64,000 bases of DNA from NCBI GenBank assembly GCA_963809765.1, contig CAWEKT010000001.1, positions 253,973 to 317,972 on the forward strand, in the 5' to 3' direction. The translations under genes and the position numbers were made by a program. The notes beneath the pieces were generated by a model. It was not told the origin of the DNA. It saw only the letters and a program-made list of their open reading frames with translations, and did no database searches. Origin of the DNA: an uncultured Thermoleophilia bacterium. GTDB lineage: Bacteria > Actinomycetota > Thermoleophilia > Gaiellales > Gaiellaceae. Positions 53,194 through 62,744 of the stretch are shown here, one piece after another (the first letter of the stretch is position 1; the number at the start of each line of letters is the position of its first letter).

Positions 53194-53620
53194 GCCAGGT
53201 CTCGGCGGCGGCGATCGCCTCCGCAAGATAGGCAGGGACGCGCGTCGGCCGGAAGGTGGCCGCGTCCACGCAGGCGTGGCCGGTCCAACCTTCTGCCGCC
53301 GGCTCCCCGTCGAGCTGCACGAGATACTCGAAGCGGAAGCGGGCGCCGCGGAGCTGGCCGCACCGCACGCCGATCGAGAGAACGTCGTCGAAGCGGGCCG
53401 GGCGGTCGTAGCGCACGTGCGCCTCGATCGTGAGCGCCTCGACCCCGCGCTGCTGGAGGCCCGGGTAGCCAGCGTCGAACCGGCCGAGGTACTCCACGCG
53501 AGCCACTTCGAACCAGACCAGGTAGTTCGCGTGGTGCGCGATGCCCTGGGCGTCCGTCTCGGCGAAGCGCACGCGAACGTCGGTCCAGAACCGGAACTGG
53601 TCGGTCATGGGCTGCGCCAT
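53171..53620 (-). CDS. Acyl-CoA thioesterase (4HBT/YbgC-like hotdog fold)
   Basis: 149 aa. VRVRFAETDAQGIAHHANYLVWFEVARVEYL. The 3' end overlaps the vanW-like 3' end by 23 nt. Confidence 0.82.
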   Translation of the reverse strand: MAQPMTDQFRFWTDVRVRFAETDAQGIAHHANYLVWFEVARVEYLGRFDAGYPGLQQRGVEALTIEAHVRYDRPARFDDVLSIGVRCGQLRGARFRFEYLVQLDGEPAAEGWTGHACVDAATFRPTRVPAYLAEAIAAAETWPTARSSS

Positions 53621-53703
53621 GCACGAGGCATTCCCTGCGAGACACGGCCGTATGCCGGCGAGCAGGGCACGCAGAGCCAGCCGTCGTCAGAATCCACGCG
53701 CGT

Positions 53704-55203
53704 ATGAGACAGGACTTCGAACGGCTGTTCAAGCCCGAGACCGAGCCCCGCTCGGGCTTTCCGCGGCTCCCGACGATCGCCGCCGAGGCGATCGTCGCGA
53801 CGAGCCACCCGCTCGCGACGCAGGCCGGGATGCGCGCCTTCGCCGCCGGCGGCAACGCCGTCGACGCCGCGCTCGCCGCCGCGGCGGTGCTGCCGGTGGT
53901 GGAGCCGAACCTCAACGGCGTCGGCGGAGACGCCTTCGCCATCGTCTGGAACGACGGCGAAGCGCAGGGCCTGAACGGCTCGGGGCGCTCGCCGCAGAGC
54001 CTCGACGCCCCGCGCGTCGACCGCTACGGCCCCCGCTCGGTCACCGTGCCGGGCGCGGTCGCCGCCTGGTTCGACCTCGCCGAACGCTTCGGACGACTGG
54101 GCTTCGACCAGGCGCTCGGCCACGCTGCCGATCTGGCGCTCGCCGGGGTGGCCGCGACGCCGCGCGTGGGCGCGCTCTGGGAGCGGGCCGAGGCGCTCGG
54201 ACGCGCGCCCTTCCCGGCGCCCGGAATCGGCCGCCGCTACCGCCTGCCCGAGCTGGGGCACACGCTCAGGCGGCTCGCGGCGGAGGGGCCGGCGGCGTTC
54301 TACACGGGAGAGGTCGCCCGCGCGATCGCCGAGGTTACGTGGCTGGATGAGTCCGACCTGGGGGCGCACCGATCGGAGTGGGTGGAGCCGCTCCGCCTGC
54401 CGTTCCGCGGCTTCGACGTCTACGAGCTGCCGCCGAACACCCAGGGTGCGGCAGCGCTGGCCGCGCTGCGCCTGATCGAGCAGGACGACTCGGCCGACCC
54501 GCTCGAGCGGCTCGACCTGCGCATCAGGGCGACGGCGGTCGCCCTCGCCGAGGCGCACGCAGCGGTCGGAGACGCTCCGCTGCCGCCCGACTTCCTCGAC
54601 TACGCCCGCCTGCATGCGGTGCTCGGGACCGGAGCGGCGGTCACAGCGCCTCTGAGTGCGGGCGACACCACGTACCTCTGCGCGGTCGACGCGGACCGCC
54701 TGGCGATCTCGCTGATCCAGAGCAACTACGAGGGCTTCGGCTCCGGCCTCGTCGCCCCCGGCACCGGTGTGCCTCTCCAGAACCGCGGTGCCGGCTTTGT
54801 CGAGCAGGAGGGCCACCCGAATCAGCTGCAGCCGGGCAAGCGGCCGTTCCACACGATCATCCCGGGCCTCATCGTCGACGACGGGCGCCCCGGCCCCTTC
54901 GGGATCATGGGCGGCCACATGCAGGCGCAGGCGCACATGCAGGTCGTCGATGTCGTGACCGGCCTCGCGTTCGACCCGCAGTCGGCGCTTGATCGCGCAC
55001 GCTTCCGGATCGACCAGGACGGGACGGTTGCGCTCGAGCCTGGCCTGTGGGAGCTCGCGGAGGGGCTCGAGCGGCGCGGGCATCGCATCGTGCGCGCGGA
55101 CCAGCCGGGCGGGTTCGGCGTGGGGCAGATGATCCTCGACCTGGGCGAGTCGCTCATCGCCGGATCGGACAGCCGCGCGGACGGGCACGCCGCAGGCATG
55201 TGA
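53704..55203 (+). CDS. ggt: Gamma-glutamyltransferase family protein
   Basis: 499 aa. VATSHPLATQAG, the autoprocessing site GDTTYLCAVD, and GIMGGHMQAQ. Confidence 0.88.
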   Translation: MRQDFERLFKPETEPRSGFPRLPTIAAEAIVATSHPLATQAGMRAFAAGGNAVDAALAAAAVLPVVEPNLNGVGGDAFAIVWNDGEAQGLNGSGRSPQSLDAPRVDRYGPRSVTVPGAVAAWFDLAERFGRLGFDQALGHAADLALAGVAATPRVGALWERAEALGRAPFPAPGIGRRYRLPELGHTLRRLAAEGPAAFYTGEVARAIAEVTWLDESDLGAHRSEWVEPLRLPFRGFDVYELPPNTQGAAALAALRLIEQDDSADPLERLDLRIRATAVALAEAHAAVGDAPLPPDFLDYARLHAVLGTGAAVTAPLSAGDTTYLCAVDADRLAISLIQSNYEGFGSGLVAPGTGVPLQNRGAGFVEQEGHPNQLQPGKRPFHTIIPGLIVDDGRPGPFGIMGGHMQAQAHMQVVDVVTGLAFDPQSALDRARFRIDQDGTVALEPGLWELAEGLERRGHRIVRADQPGGFGVGQMILDLGESLIAGSDSRADGHAAGM

Positions 55204-55953
55204 GCACGGGCGACCGGCTCGTCGCAGCGCTCGCCGAGCTCCTCGCTGCGTCCCAGCCGTGCGTCGTCCTCACCGGCGCGGGCGTTTCGACCGAGAGCGG
55301 CATCCCTGACTTCCGCTCGCCGGGTGGGCTGTGGGAGCAGTTCGACCCGTACGACTACGGCTCGCTCGAGTCGTTCCGGCGCGACCCGGAGCGGACGTGG
55401 CGCTTCTACGGCCCCCGTTTCGCGATGCTGACCCAGGCAGAGCCGAACCCGGCCCACCGGGCCCTCGCCGAGCTCGAGCGGCGCGGCCTCGTGCAGGCCG
55501 TCGTGACCCAGAACATCGACCGGCTCCACGAGCGCGCCGGCAGCCGGGAGGTGATCGAGGTGCACGGCTCGATCCGGACCTCCTCATGTCCTGCCTGCGG
55601 CGGCGTCTACGAGCTGGAGGCCGTTCTGCGGGCGGTCGAGCGCGAGGGCGCGCCCCGCTGTGAGCGCTGCGGCACCGTGCTCAAGCCGGACGTCGTCTTC
55701 TTCGGGGAGCTGCTGCCCGAACGGGCCATTGCCCGTGCCTCAGAGCTCGCGGCCGCGCGCCGCGCTGCTGCTCGTGGTCGGGTCCTCGCTCGAGGTGTAT
55801 CCGGTGGCCGAGCTGCCGCTGACAACGCTCCGCAACGGTGGTCGGCTAGCAATCGTGAACAGGGGGCCGACGGCGTGGGACGGGCAGGCGGCCCTGCGCG
55901 TCGACGGCAGCGCAGGCGAGGTGCTGGACGCGGTCGCGAGCGCGCTCGCATAG
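55200..55953 (+). CDS. NAD-dependent protein deacylase (Sir2 family); one frame break near 55752-55764
   Basis: GTG 55200 overlaps the ggt stop. GAGVSTESGIPDFRS, QNIDRLHERAG and the Zn site CPACGG...CERCG are in frame 1. LLLVVGSSLEVYPVAELP...AIVNRGPT continues in the +1 frame of ORF 55660..55953. Confidence 0.88.
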
Positions 55954-56006
55954 GCGCGTCTGCAGCGGGAATACGCGAAGATACGCGCACTCGAGAAGGA
56001 GGACGG

Positions 56007-57031
56007 ATGAGCCAGCTCAACGAGATTGCGCGCGCGCTCGTGGCGCCGGGGAAGGGGATCCTGGCTGCGGACGAGAGCGACGGGACGATCAAGAAGCGTT
56101 TCGACTCGATCGGCGTCGAGTCGACCGAGGAGAGGCGGCGCGCCTACCGCGACCTGCTCTTCAGCACCGAGGGCGCGGAGGAGTTCATCAGCGGCGTCAT
56201 CCTCTTCGACGAGACGATCCGGCAGAGCGCTCCGGGCGGGACGCCGTTCCCGCAGCTGCTCGAGGGCAAAGGGCGTCATCCCCGGGATCAAGGTCGACAT
56301 GGGCGCCAAGCCGCTCGCCCGCGCCGAGGGCGAGACGGTCACCGAGGGGCTCGACGGGCTCCGCGGCCGGCTCGAGGAGTACCGCGAGCTCGGCGCCAAG
56401 TTCACGAAGTGGCGCGCGGTGATTGCGATCGGCCCCGGCATCCCGAGCGAGTACTGCATCTGGGTCAACGCCCACGCGCTGGCACGGTACGCGGCGCTCT
56501 CGCAGGAGGCCGGGCTCGTCCCGATCGTCGAGCCCGAGGTGCTCATGGACGGCGACCACACGATCGAGCGCAGCTTCGAGGTCACGTCGCGCACGCTGCA
56601 CGCCGTCTTCACCGAGCTGCGCGACCAGCGGGTCCACCCGGAGGAGATGCTGCTGAAGCCGAACATGGTGCTCTCCGGCTACGAGTGTCCTGAGCAGGCA
56701 CCTCATGACGAGGTCGCCGAGCACACGCTCCGCTGCTTCGAGCGCCACGTTCCGGCAGCCGTGCCGGGCATCGTCTTCCTCTCCGGCGGCCAGTCCGACG
56801 AGCACGCGACCGCGAACCTGAGTGCGATGAACGCGCGCGGCCCGCACCCGTGGCAGCTGTCCTTCTCGTACGGTCGCGCCCTGCAGGCGCCGGCGCTCAA
56901 GGCGTGGGGCGGAGACGACGCGAAGGTGCCGGCGGCGCAGCAGGCGTACCTGCCACCGCGCCCGGCTGAACGGCGCGGCTCGGTCCGGTGAGTACCGCGC
57001 GGAGATGGAGAAGGAAGCAGTACCCGCGTGA
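56007..57031 (+). CDS. fba: Class I fructose-bisphosphate aldolase; two frame breaks (56268-56274 and ~56950-56954)
   Basis: GAAGGAGGA precedes ATG 56007. GKGILAADESDGTIKKRF is in frame 1. VIPGIKVDMG...LLKPNMV...FLSGGQS...LSFSYGRALQ is in the +1 frame. The C-terminus HRARLNGAARSGEYRAEMEKEAVPA is in the next +1 frame, ending TGA 57029-57031. Confidence 0.9.
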
Positions 57032-57122
57032 AGCCTGCGCGCTCAGCGCCAAGGCACGGCTGAGCTATCGAGAAAAGGGTCGACCACACCGCGCGAGGCG
57101 GCGGAGTCGGCCACGCGCCGGG

Positions 57123-57287
57123 CTAGGCCGCGGCGCGGCGGAGCTGTCGCTCGGCCAGGATCGCCCTGCAGGCGGCGCACAGCGTGCGCTCGACCTCGTA
57201 GGGGACGCCCTGGCGCTGGCGAAGCAGGTGCTCCTTGACCTCCGTGTGACGGTGCGTGGTCACAGGTGCCTTGTCCACATCTCTCAC
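57123..57287 (-). CDS. Possible small protein (51-54 aa) with HxH...CxxC
   Basis: Not in the track. GTG 57287 or 57278 to TAG 57125-57123. Sequence: (VRD)VDKAPVTTHRHTEVKEHLLRQRQGVPYEVERTLCAACRAILAERQLRRAAA. About 87% GC3. No clear SD and no recognised family. Confidence 0.35.
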   Translation of the reverse strand: MRDVDKAPVTTHRHTEVKEHLLRQRQGVPYEVERTLCAACRAILAERQLRRAAA

Positions 57288-57304
57288 GATAGATATGACG
57301 TCGG

Positions 57305-57326
57305 CTCATGCAAGGAGTTGCATGAG
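57305..57326. promoter_or_regulatory. Perfect 9-bp inverted repeat CTCATGCAA-ggag-TTGCATGAG over the SD and start codon of the L,D-transpeptidase gene
   Basis: Lies in a local AT-rich trough (about 57265-57370). The loop is the GGAG of the SD, and the 3' arm contains ATG 57322. Confidence 0.6.
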
Positions 57327-58141
57327 GACAAATCGCTGCTATCAAGTGAATTTCTTGAAAAGGATCGTCACCTGGGGAGGGGCGTTTCTGGCGGCAGCGA
57401 CTCTGGTCTCGCCGGCCGGGGCGCCGTTGCTCGCGCAGCCTGCGCCCGCGGCTGCTCGGCCCGCGGCTGCGCCGGTTCGCCCGGCGGAGCGCAGGTGCGC
57501 GCCCGGCGCGGTCGAGCGCGTCGGCACGAAGGCGAGGTCCTGGGTCGCCCTCGCGGCCGGGCCACTCGTGGCCCGCGCGCGGCCGCGTGGCCCCGTCGTG
57601 GCGCGCTTCGGGCGCGTGAACGTCAACGACTACCGGACGCTCTTTGCCGTCCGCAGCCGCGTCCGCGACGCCTCCTGCAGCGTCACCTGGTACGAGGTTC
57701 AGCTCCCCGTGAAGCCCGAACGGGCGTACGGGCTGGGTGTCGGCGCGCGCCGTCCGGCTCGCGCAGGTCGACACACGCATCGTCGTCGACCTCTCGGGCC
57801 GCAGCCTCCGGTTCTTCGAGGAAGGCAAGCTGCGGCTCCGTATCACGGTCGGCATCGGCAAGCGCGCGACCCCGACGCCGGTCGGGCGCTTCTACGTCAA
57901 CCAGCGGCTCGTGCCCACGGAGGCAGGAGGGCCGTTCGGTCCCGCCGCTCTCGGCGTCTCCGCGTTCTCCGAGGTGCTCACCAACTGGGTCCAGGGCGGG
58001 CCGATAGCGATCCACGGGACGGACGAGCCGGCGTCCGTCGGCCTCGCCGCCTCCAACGGCTGTATCCGCGTCGAGAACGAGACTCTGCGCTGGCTCTTCG
58101 AGGCCACACCAGCGGGGACGCCAGTGACGATCCACCCCTGA
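57322..58141 (+). CDS. L,D-transpeptidase (YkuD domain); one frame break at 57715-57717
   Basis: The signal peptide and N-domain are in the frame of ORF 57256 (ATG 57322). PNGRTGWVSARAV and the YkuD domain with HGTDEPASVGLAASNGCIRV are in the +1 frame of ORF 57737..58141. Confidence 0.88.
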
Positions 58142-58168
58142 GGCTGCGGCGCGTTAAGGTGCGGCCCC

Positions 58169-58444
58169 ATGGCGGAGCGCAAGGACCTGCTGGGGCGCCT
58201 CTCCGACGCCGGCGAGGACGCGATCTCGAAGGTGGGCGAGATGCCAGGTGCGTCGCGGATCACGGGCGCATTCAGCGCGATGCGCGACCGGATGGACGAG
58301 CTGCAGCGGCGGCTGCGCGGCCTCGAGGACGTCGAGAAGCGCCTGGCCGCGCTCGAGCGGAAGGTGGAGGAGCTCGCCAGGGCCAAGCCGAAGCCCCGCT
58401 CGGCCCCGCGGAAGCCGCCGGCCAAGAAGACAGCTCCGAGCTAG
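58169..58444 (+). CDS. Hypothetical small coiled-coil protein with Lys/Pro tail
   Basis: 91 aa with good GC3. MAERKDLLGRLSDAGEDAISKV...LEDVEKRLAALERKVEEL. Confidence 0.6.
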   Translation: MAERKDLLGRLSDAGEDAISKVGEMPGASRITGAFSAMRDRMDELQRRLRGLEDVEKRLAALERKVEELARAKPKPRSAPRKPPAKKTAPS

Positions 58445-58447
58445 CTT

Positions 58448-59490
58448 CTACGGCGCGGTCGCGACCGGCACGCGCACGCGGAGGGTCGCCGGCACCACCT
58501 CGAAGGTCACCGGCGTCGTACCGGGCTGCTCGCCGTCCAGCTCGATGGGCAGCGGCTCGGCCGAGTCCACCGTCACCGTCGCGCCCGCGCAGCAGCTCCG
58601 CCTTCGGGTGCGGCAGGTGTGTGCCGTTGTAGAGCTTGCGCAGGGTGCGCACGAGGTCGAGCTTGGTGACGTCGCCGAGCAGCAGCACGTCGAACAGCCC
58701 ATCCTCGGGGTCGGCATCCGGGCAGAGGCGCATGCCGCCGTTGTGGTAGGCGGTGTTGCGCGACGAGCACGTCCTCCATCAGGCCCTCGCGCCGCTCGTC
58801 GTCCACGCGCACCTGCAACGGCACGTTCGTCCACCGCGCGAAGACGGCGAAGGTCGACACCAGCCCGGCCACGCGGCCGCCCAGGCGCTTGGAGGAGCGG
58901 TTCAGCCGGGCTGCCACGGCGCCGCTCATGCCGACGCCGGCCATGCTCACGAAGTACGAGTGCGCCGTCTCCCCCTCGGCGTCGCGATAGGTCACCCGGC
59001 CGGCATCGAGCGCGCGCACGTCGCCGTCACGCAGGACGGCCACTGCGTCTCGCTCGGTCGCTGGGATGCCGAGCGCTCGTGCGAAGTCGTCGCCGGTTCC
59101 GCGTGCGAGCAGTCCGAGCTCGGGGAGCGGCCGCCGCTCGGCGCTCAGCAGGCCGTTGGCCACCTCGTGCACGGTCCCGTCGCCGCCGACGGCGACGACC
59201 AGGCCCGCCCCGTCCTCCGCTGCTCGGCGTGCGAGCCGCGCGAGGTCGCCCGGTGCTGCGCTGAGTGCGACCTCCGGCTCCAGTCCGGCGTCTCGTGCCA
59301 GCGCCTCGAGCGCCGGCCACCGTTTCGCGGTGGCGCCGTTACCCGAGGCCGGGTTGATCAGGAACAGCACGCGGGTCGCGTGCGCGGCGGATCCTGCCTC
59401 TGCGCCGTCGGGCGCCGGGATCACGGCCCCGGCGGGCGACGCAGCTCCGGGCTCGGCTGTCGAGGACGGGACGTCGCCGCCGGCGGCCAT
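58448..59490 (-). CDS. Diacylglycerol/lipid kinase family protein (DagK/YegS-like); two frame breaks (~58748-58752, ~58581-58587)
   Basis: LINPASGNG and GGDGTVHEVANGL are in the frame of ORF 58573..59490. NTAYHNGGMRLCPDADPEDGLFDVLLLGD is in the next +1 frame. ATVTVDSAEPLPIELDGEQPG is in the next +1 frame, ending TAG 58450-58448. Confidence 0.85.
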
Positions 59491-59493
59491 GGC

Positions 59494-60219
59494 TCAGTGG
59501 GCGTGCTTCGGCTCCGCCGTGGCGGTGGCGAGCGCGAGCTCGGTCATCTCGTCGACGGCACGGCGCATCTCTTCGTCGGAGATGCGCACGAACTCGCCCT
59601 CGACGACCACATCGCTGACGATCAACAGGCAGCCGGCCTGGATCTTCTTCAGTGCGCCGAGCGTGAAGAGCATCGCTGCCTCCATCTCGACCGCGAGGAC
59701 GCCGCGCTCCGACCAGCGCCCGTACTGCCCGCGGTCGGGGTTGTAGAAGACGTCGCTCGAGGCGATCGGGCCGACGCGTACCTTCTTGCCGAGCTCCTTC
59801 GCCTCGTGGACGGCCCCGTGGACGAGCTCCCAGTCGGCCGTCGGCGCATGGGGCTCGCCGCCGATCAGGTGGGTCGCAGTCGAGTCGGCCGGCACGGCCG
59901 AGATGGCGACGATCAGGTCGCCGATTGCGAGATCTGCCTGGAGCCCGCCGCAGGTGCCCACGCGCAGGATGCGCTTGACGCCGAGCTGGACGAGCTCCTC
60001 GATGACGATGCCCGCTGAGGGGCAGCCCATGCCCGAGGCCTGCACCGACACGGGGCGGCCCCGGTACTCACCGGTGTAGCCGAGCAGGGCCCGCTCGCCG
60101 TTCACCTCGCGAGCGTTCTCCAGGAAGGTCTCGGCGATGTACTTGGACCGCAGCGGGTCGCCCGGCAGCAGGCAGGCTTCGGCGTAGTCTCCCGGCTCGG
60201 CGCGGAGGTGAATCGGCAC
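59494..60219 (-). CDS. deoD: Purine nucleoside phosphorylase, DeoD type
   Basis: 241 aa. VSVQASGMGCPSAGIVIEEL, RVGTCGG, LAVEMEAA. Confidence 0.9.
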   Translation of the reverse strand: MPIHLRAEPGDYAEACLLPGDPLRSKYIAETFLENAREVNGERALLGYTGEYRGRPVSVQASGMGCPSAGIVIEELVQLGVKRILRVGTCGGLQADLAIGDLIVAISAVPADSTATHLIGGEPHAPTADWELVHGAVHEAKELGKKVRVGPIASSDVFYNPDRGQYGRWSERGVLAVEMEAAMLFTLGALKKIQAGCLLIVSDVVVEGEFVRISDEEMRRAVDEMTELALATATAEPKHAH

Positions 60220-60298
60220 GGCGGCACCCTACGTCTTCGCGCCCGCGGCACGCGCTGGAAACGGCAGAGCCGCCCCGTCAGGCGTCTACGATCGCGCG

Positions 60299-61079
60299 GT
60301 GACGGCGCTCGTCGAGCCCACCCTCGACCAGGTGCTGGAGTACTGCGCGCTGGACCCGATCGAGCGCGTCTTCCTCGAAGATGCTGCGCGGCGGCACGTC
60401 GGCCGCTTCCGGGCGCTCGAGCGCCGGGGGCGGCTGACCGCCCTCTGCCACCTCGGCGCGAACCTCGTCCCCTCCGGTGAGGGCTGCGGCGGCTTTGCGG
60501 CCGCCCTCGGCGGGAACGCCGTGCGCATGCTGATCGGCGACGAGGGTGCGGTCACGGATCTCTGGGCGACGGCGCGCTCGGCGCTGCCCGAGCCGCGCGA
60601 GGACCGTCCCGGCCAGCCGGTCTTCGTCATCGAGGAGGCGCCGGAGCCCGGAGACACCGTGCCTCCGTCCGGCGACCATGGCCGACTTCGGCCGGCTCGT
60701 GACGGCCTGCGCCGCGGCTCACGAGCTCGAGCTCGGCATCGACCCGCTCGCACGCGACGCCGATGCCTTCCGCTGGCGCACGCAGGCCCAGATCGAGGAG
60801 GGCCGCTCGTGGCTGTGGGAGGACGGCGGCACCATCCTGTTCAAGGCGGAGGCGTCGGCGTGGACGCCGCGGGCGGTGCAGATCCAGCAGGTGTGGGTCG
60901 ACCCCGAGGTGCGGGGCCGCGGCTACGGCCGCCGGGGCATGCAGGACCTCTGCCGCTTCCTGCTCCAGCGGGTGCCGACGGTCTGCCTGTTCGTGCGCGC
61001 CGAGAACGACCCGGCGATCCGGCTCTACGAGACGATCGGCATGCGCCGCGCCGGCTCGTACCGCTCGATCCTTTTCTAG
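60299..61079 (+). CDS. GNAT-family N-acetyltransferase with N-terminal accessory domain; one frame break near 60662
   Basis: The N-terminal domain is in the frame of ORF 60299. LRPATMADFGRLV...VWVDPEVRGRGYGRRGM...AIRLYETIGM (acetyl-CoA motif) is in the +1 frame of ORF 60546..61079. Confidence 0.82.
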
Positions 61080-61102
61080 TCAGTGACGCTCGTCGTCACT
61101 GA
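61080..61102 (+). terminator. Perfect 9-bp hairpin directly after the GNAT stop (no U-tract)
   Basis: TCAGTGACG-ctcgt-CGTCACTGA, located between the convergent GNAT and decarboxylase genes. Confidence 0.35.
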
Positions 61103-61204
61103 GGCGTCTGTCCCCGCGCGGCGACGCGCAGCGTTGCCGCCGAGCGGACTGACCCCAGCTTTGCCGTGGTGATGCAGTAGCCGTTTCGAAGCGGAACTGC
61201 TGGG

Positions 61205-62722
61205 TCAGTCCCCAACTGCGGGCACAGACCGGGTTGCACGTCCGCGTCCCGGGGCCGCTGCCGTGGCGGCCAGCTCGGCGCCGGTGCGGCGGACGAGCTC
61301 CGGGATCGCCTCGACGTCCGCCGTGGTCGTGCGGAAGTTGACGATGCAGGTGCGGAGCCAGTAGCGGCCGTCGACGACGGCGTTCGAGATGAAGGCCTCG
61401 CCCCGGTGCTGCAGGGCGACCACGATCTCCTCGTTCAACCGGTTCAGCTCCTCCTCGTCCTCCACGCCCGCGGGGACGTAGCGGAAGGTCGAGATGCTGA
61501 GCCCGCCGGGGCCGCGCTCGAGCTCGGGGTCAGCGTCCACGCGCGCGTCGAGGTGGCGGGCGAGCTCGATGTCCTGGCGGATCAGGTCGACGTAGCCGGC
61601 ACGGCCGAGGTGCCGCAGCCCGAGCCAGACCTTCAGCGCACGGAACCCGCGCGTGTTCTGCGGGCCGTACTTGTAGTAGTGCAGCTCGTCCTCCTGAAGC
61701 TGGTAGTAGCGCGGCGAGTAGTCGAACGTGGCGAGGAGGTCGCCGGGAGTGCGGACGAGCGCGCACCCGGCCTCCGCCGGCATGTACAGCCATTTGTGTG
61801 GGTCGAGCGCAACCGAGTCTGCTTCCGCGAGCGCCTTCAGGTCGGGGTGCGCCTCCGGCAGCACGGCCGCCGGCGCGCCGTAGGCCCCGTCGACGTGCAG
61901 CCAGAGCTCCTCGGCCCGGCAGATGTCCGCGATCTCGCGAATCGGATCGATCGCGCCCGTGCTGACCGAGCCGGCGGCGGCGATGACCAGGAAGGGCTGC
62001 TCCCCTGCGTCACGATCGGCGCGGATCGCCTCGCGCAGCGCCGCCGGATCGAGCCGGAGCTGGGCGTCCGTGGGCACCCAGTGGATGGCGTCCGTCCCCA
62101 GCCCGAACATGTCCGCAGCCTTGTGCACCCAGGTGTGGGTCTCGCCGGTGCAGTAGAGGCGCAGGCTCCGGCGGGCCGAGCCCTCCACCCGAACGTCCCA
62201 GTCCGCCTGCGCGCGCCGGGCTGCGAGGAAGCCGATGAAGTTGGCCATGTTGCCCCCGCTGACGAGCAGGCCGCCGCAGTCCGGCCGGTAGCCGATCAAC
62301 TCGGCCAGCCAGCGGACTGTCTGGCGCTCGATCTCTGTGGCGACGGGCGAGAGCGGGAAGCCGCCGAGGTTCGGGTTGACGGCGCTCGCGAGCAGGTCGG
62401 CCAGCGCGGCCAGCGGCGACGGCGCCCCGATGACGTAGGCGAGGAAGCGCGGGTGCCCGGTGAAGAGCGAGTGCTCGAAGAGCAGCTCGGTCGCTTCGCG
62501 CAGCAGCTCGCCTGCATCGACGCCGTCGTCCGGCAGCACGGCATCCGCCCCGAGCACGGCCTGGATCTCGGGTGTCGTCTCGCCGGTCGTGACCGGGAGC
62601 TCGCTGGGGCTCTGGAGACGCTCGAGCAGCTCGGCGAGGTCGTCCACCAGCCGGTGGCCGAGCTCGCGGAACTCGGTGGGGTCGAGCTCGGCGCGTGTGC
62701 GCCCATCGCGGGGGCCGGCCAT
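61205..62722 (-). CDS. Pyridoxal-dependent (group II) amino-acid decarboxylase
   Basis: 505 aa in a single frame. SGGNMANF, HVDGAYG, and the PLP lysine motif DPHKW. Confidence 0.88.
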   Translation of the reverse strand: MAGPRDGRTRAELDPTEFRELGHRLVDDLAELLERLQSPSELPVTTGETTPEIQAVLGADAVLPDDGVDAGELLREATELLFEHSLFTGHPRFLAYVIGAPSPLAALADLLASAVNPNLGGFPLSPVATEIERQTVRWLAELIGYRPDCGGLLVSGGNMANFIGFLAARRAQADWDVRVEGSARRSLRLYCTGETHTWVHKAADMFGLGTDAIHWVPTDAQLRLDPAALREAIRADRDAGEQPFLVIAAAGSVSTGAIDPIREIADICRAEELWLHVDGAYGAPAAVLPEAHPDLKALAEADSVALDPHKWLYMPAEAGCALVRTPGDLLATFDYSPRYYQLQEDELHYYKYGPQNTRGFRALKVWLGLRHLGRAGYVDLIRQDIELARHLDARVDADPELERGPGGLSISTFRYVPAGVEDEEELNRLNEEIVVALQHRGEAFISNAVVDGRYWLRTCIVNFRTTTADVEAIPELVRRTGAELAATAAAPGRGRATRSVPAVGD

Positions 62723-62744
62723 GCCTCGACTCTAGTCTTGCGCC

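Noticed and set aside
55047-56693. A 548-aa ORF that looks like a GGT-Sir2-aldolase fusion.
   Set aside because: It is an artefact of stop-free alternative frames plus the frame breaks in Sir2 and the aldolase. The conserved segments belong to three separate genes.
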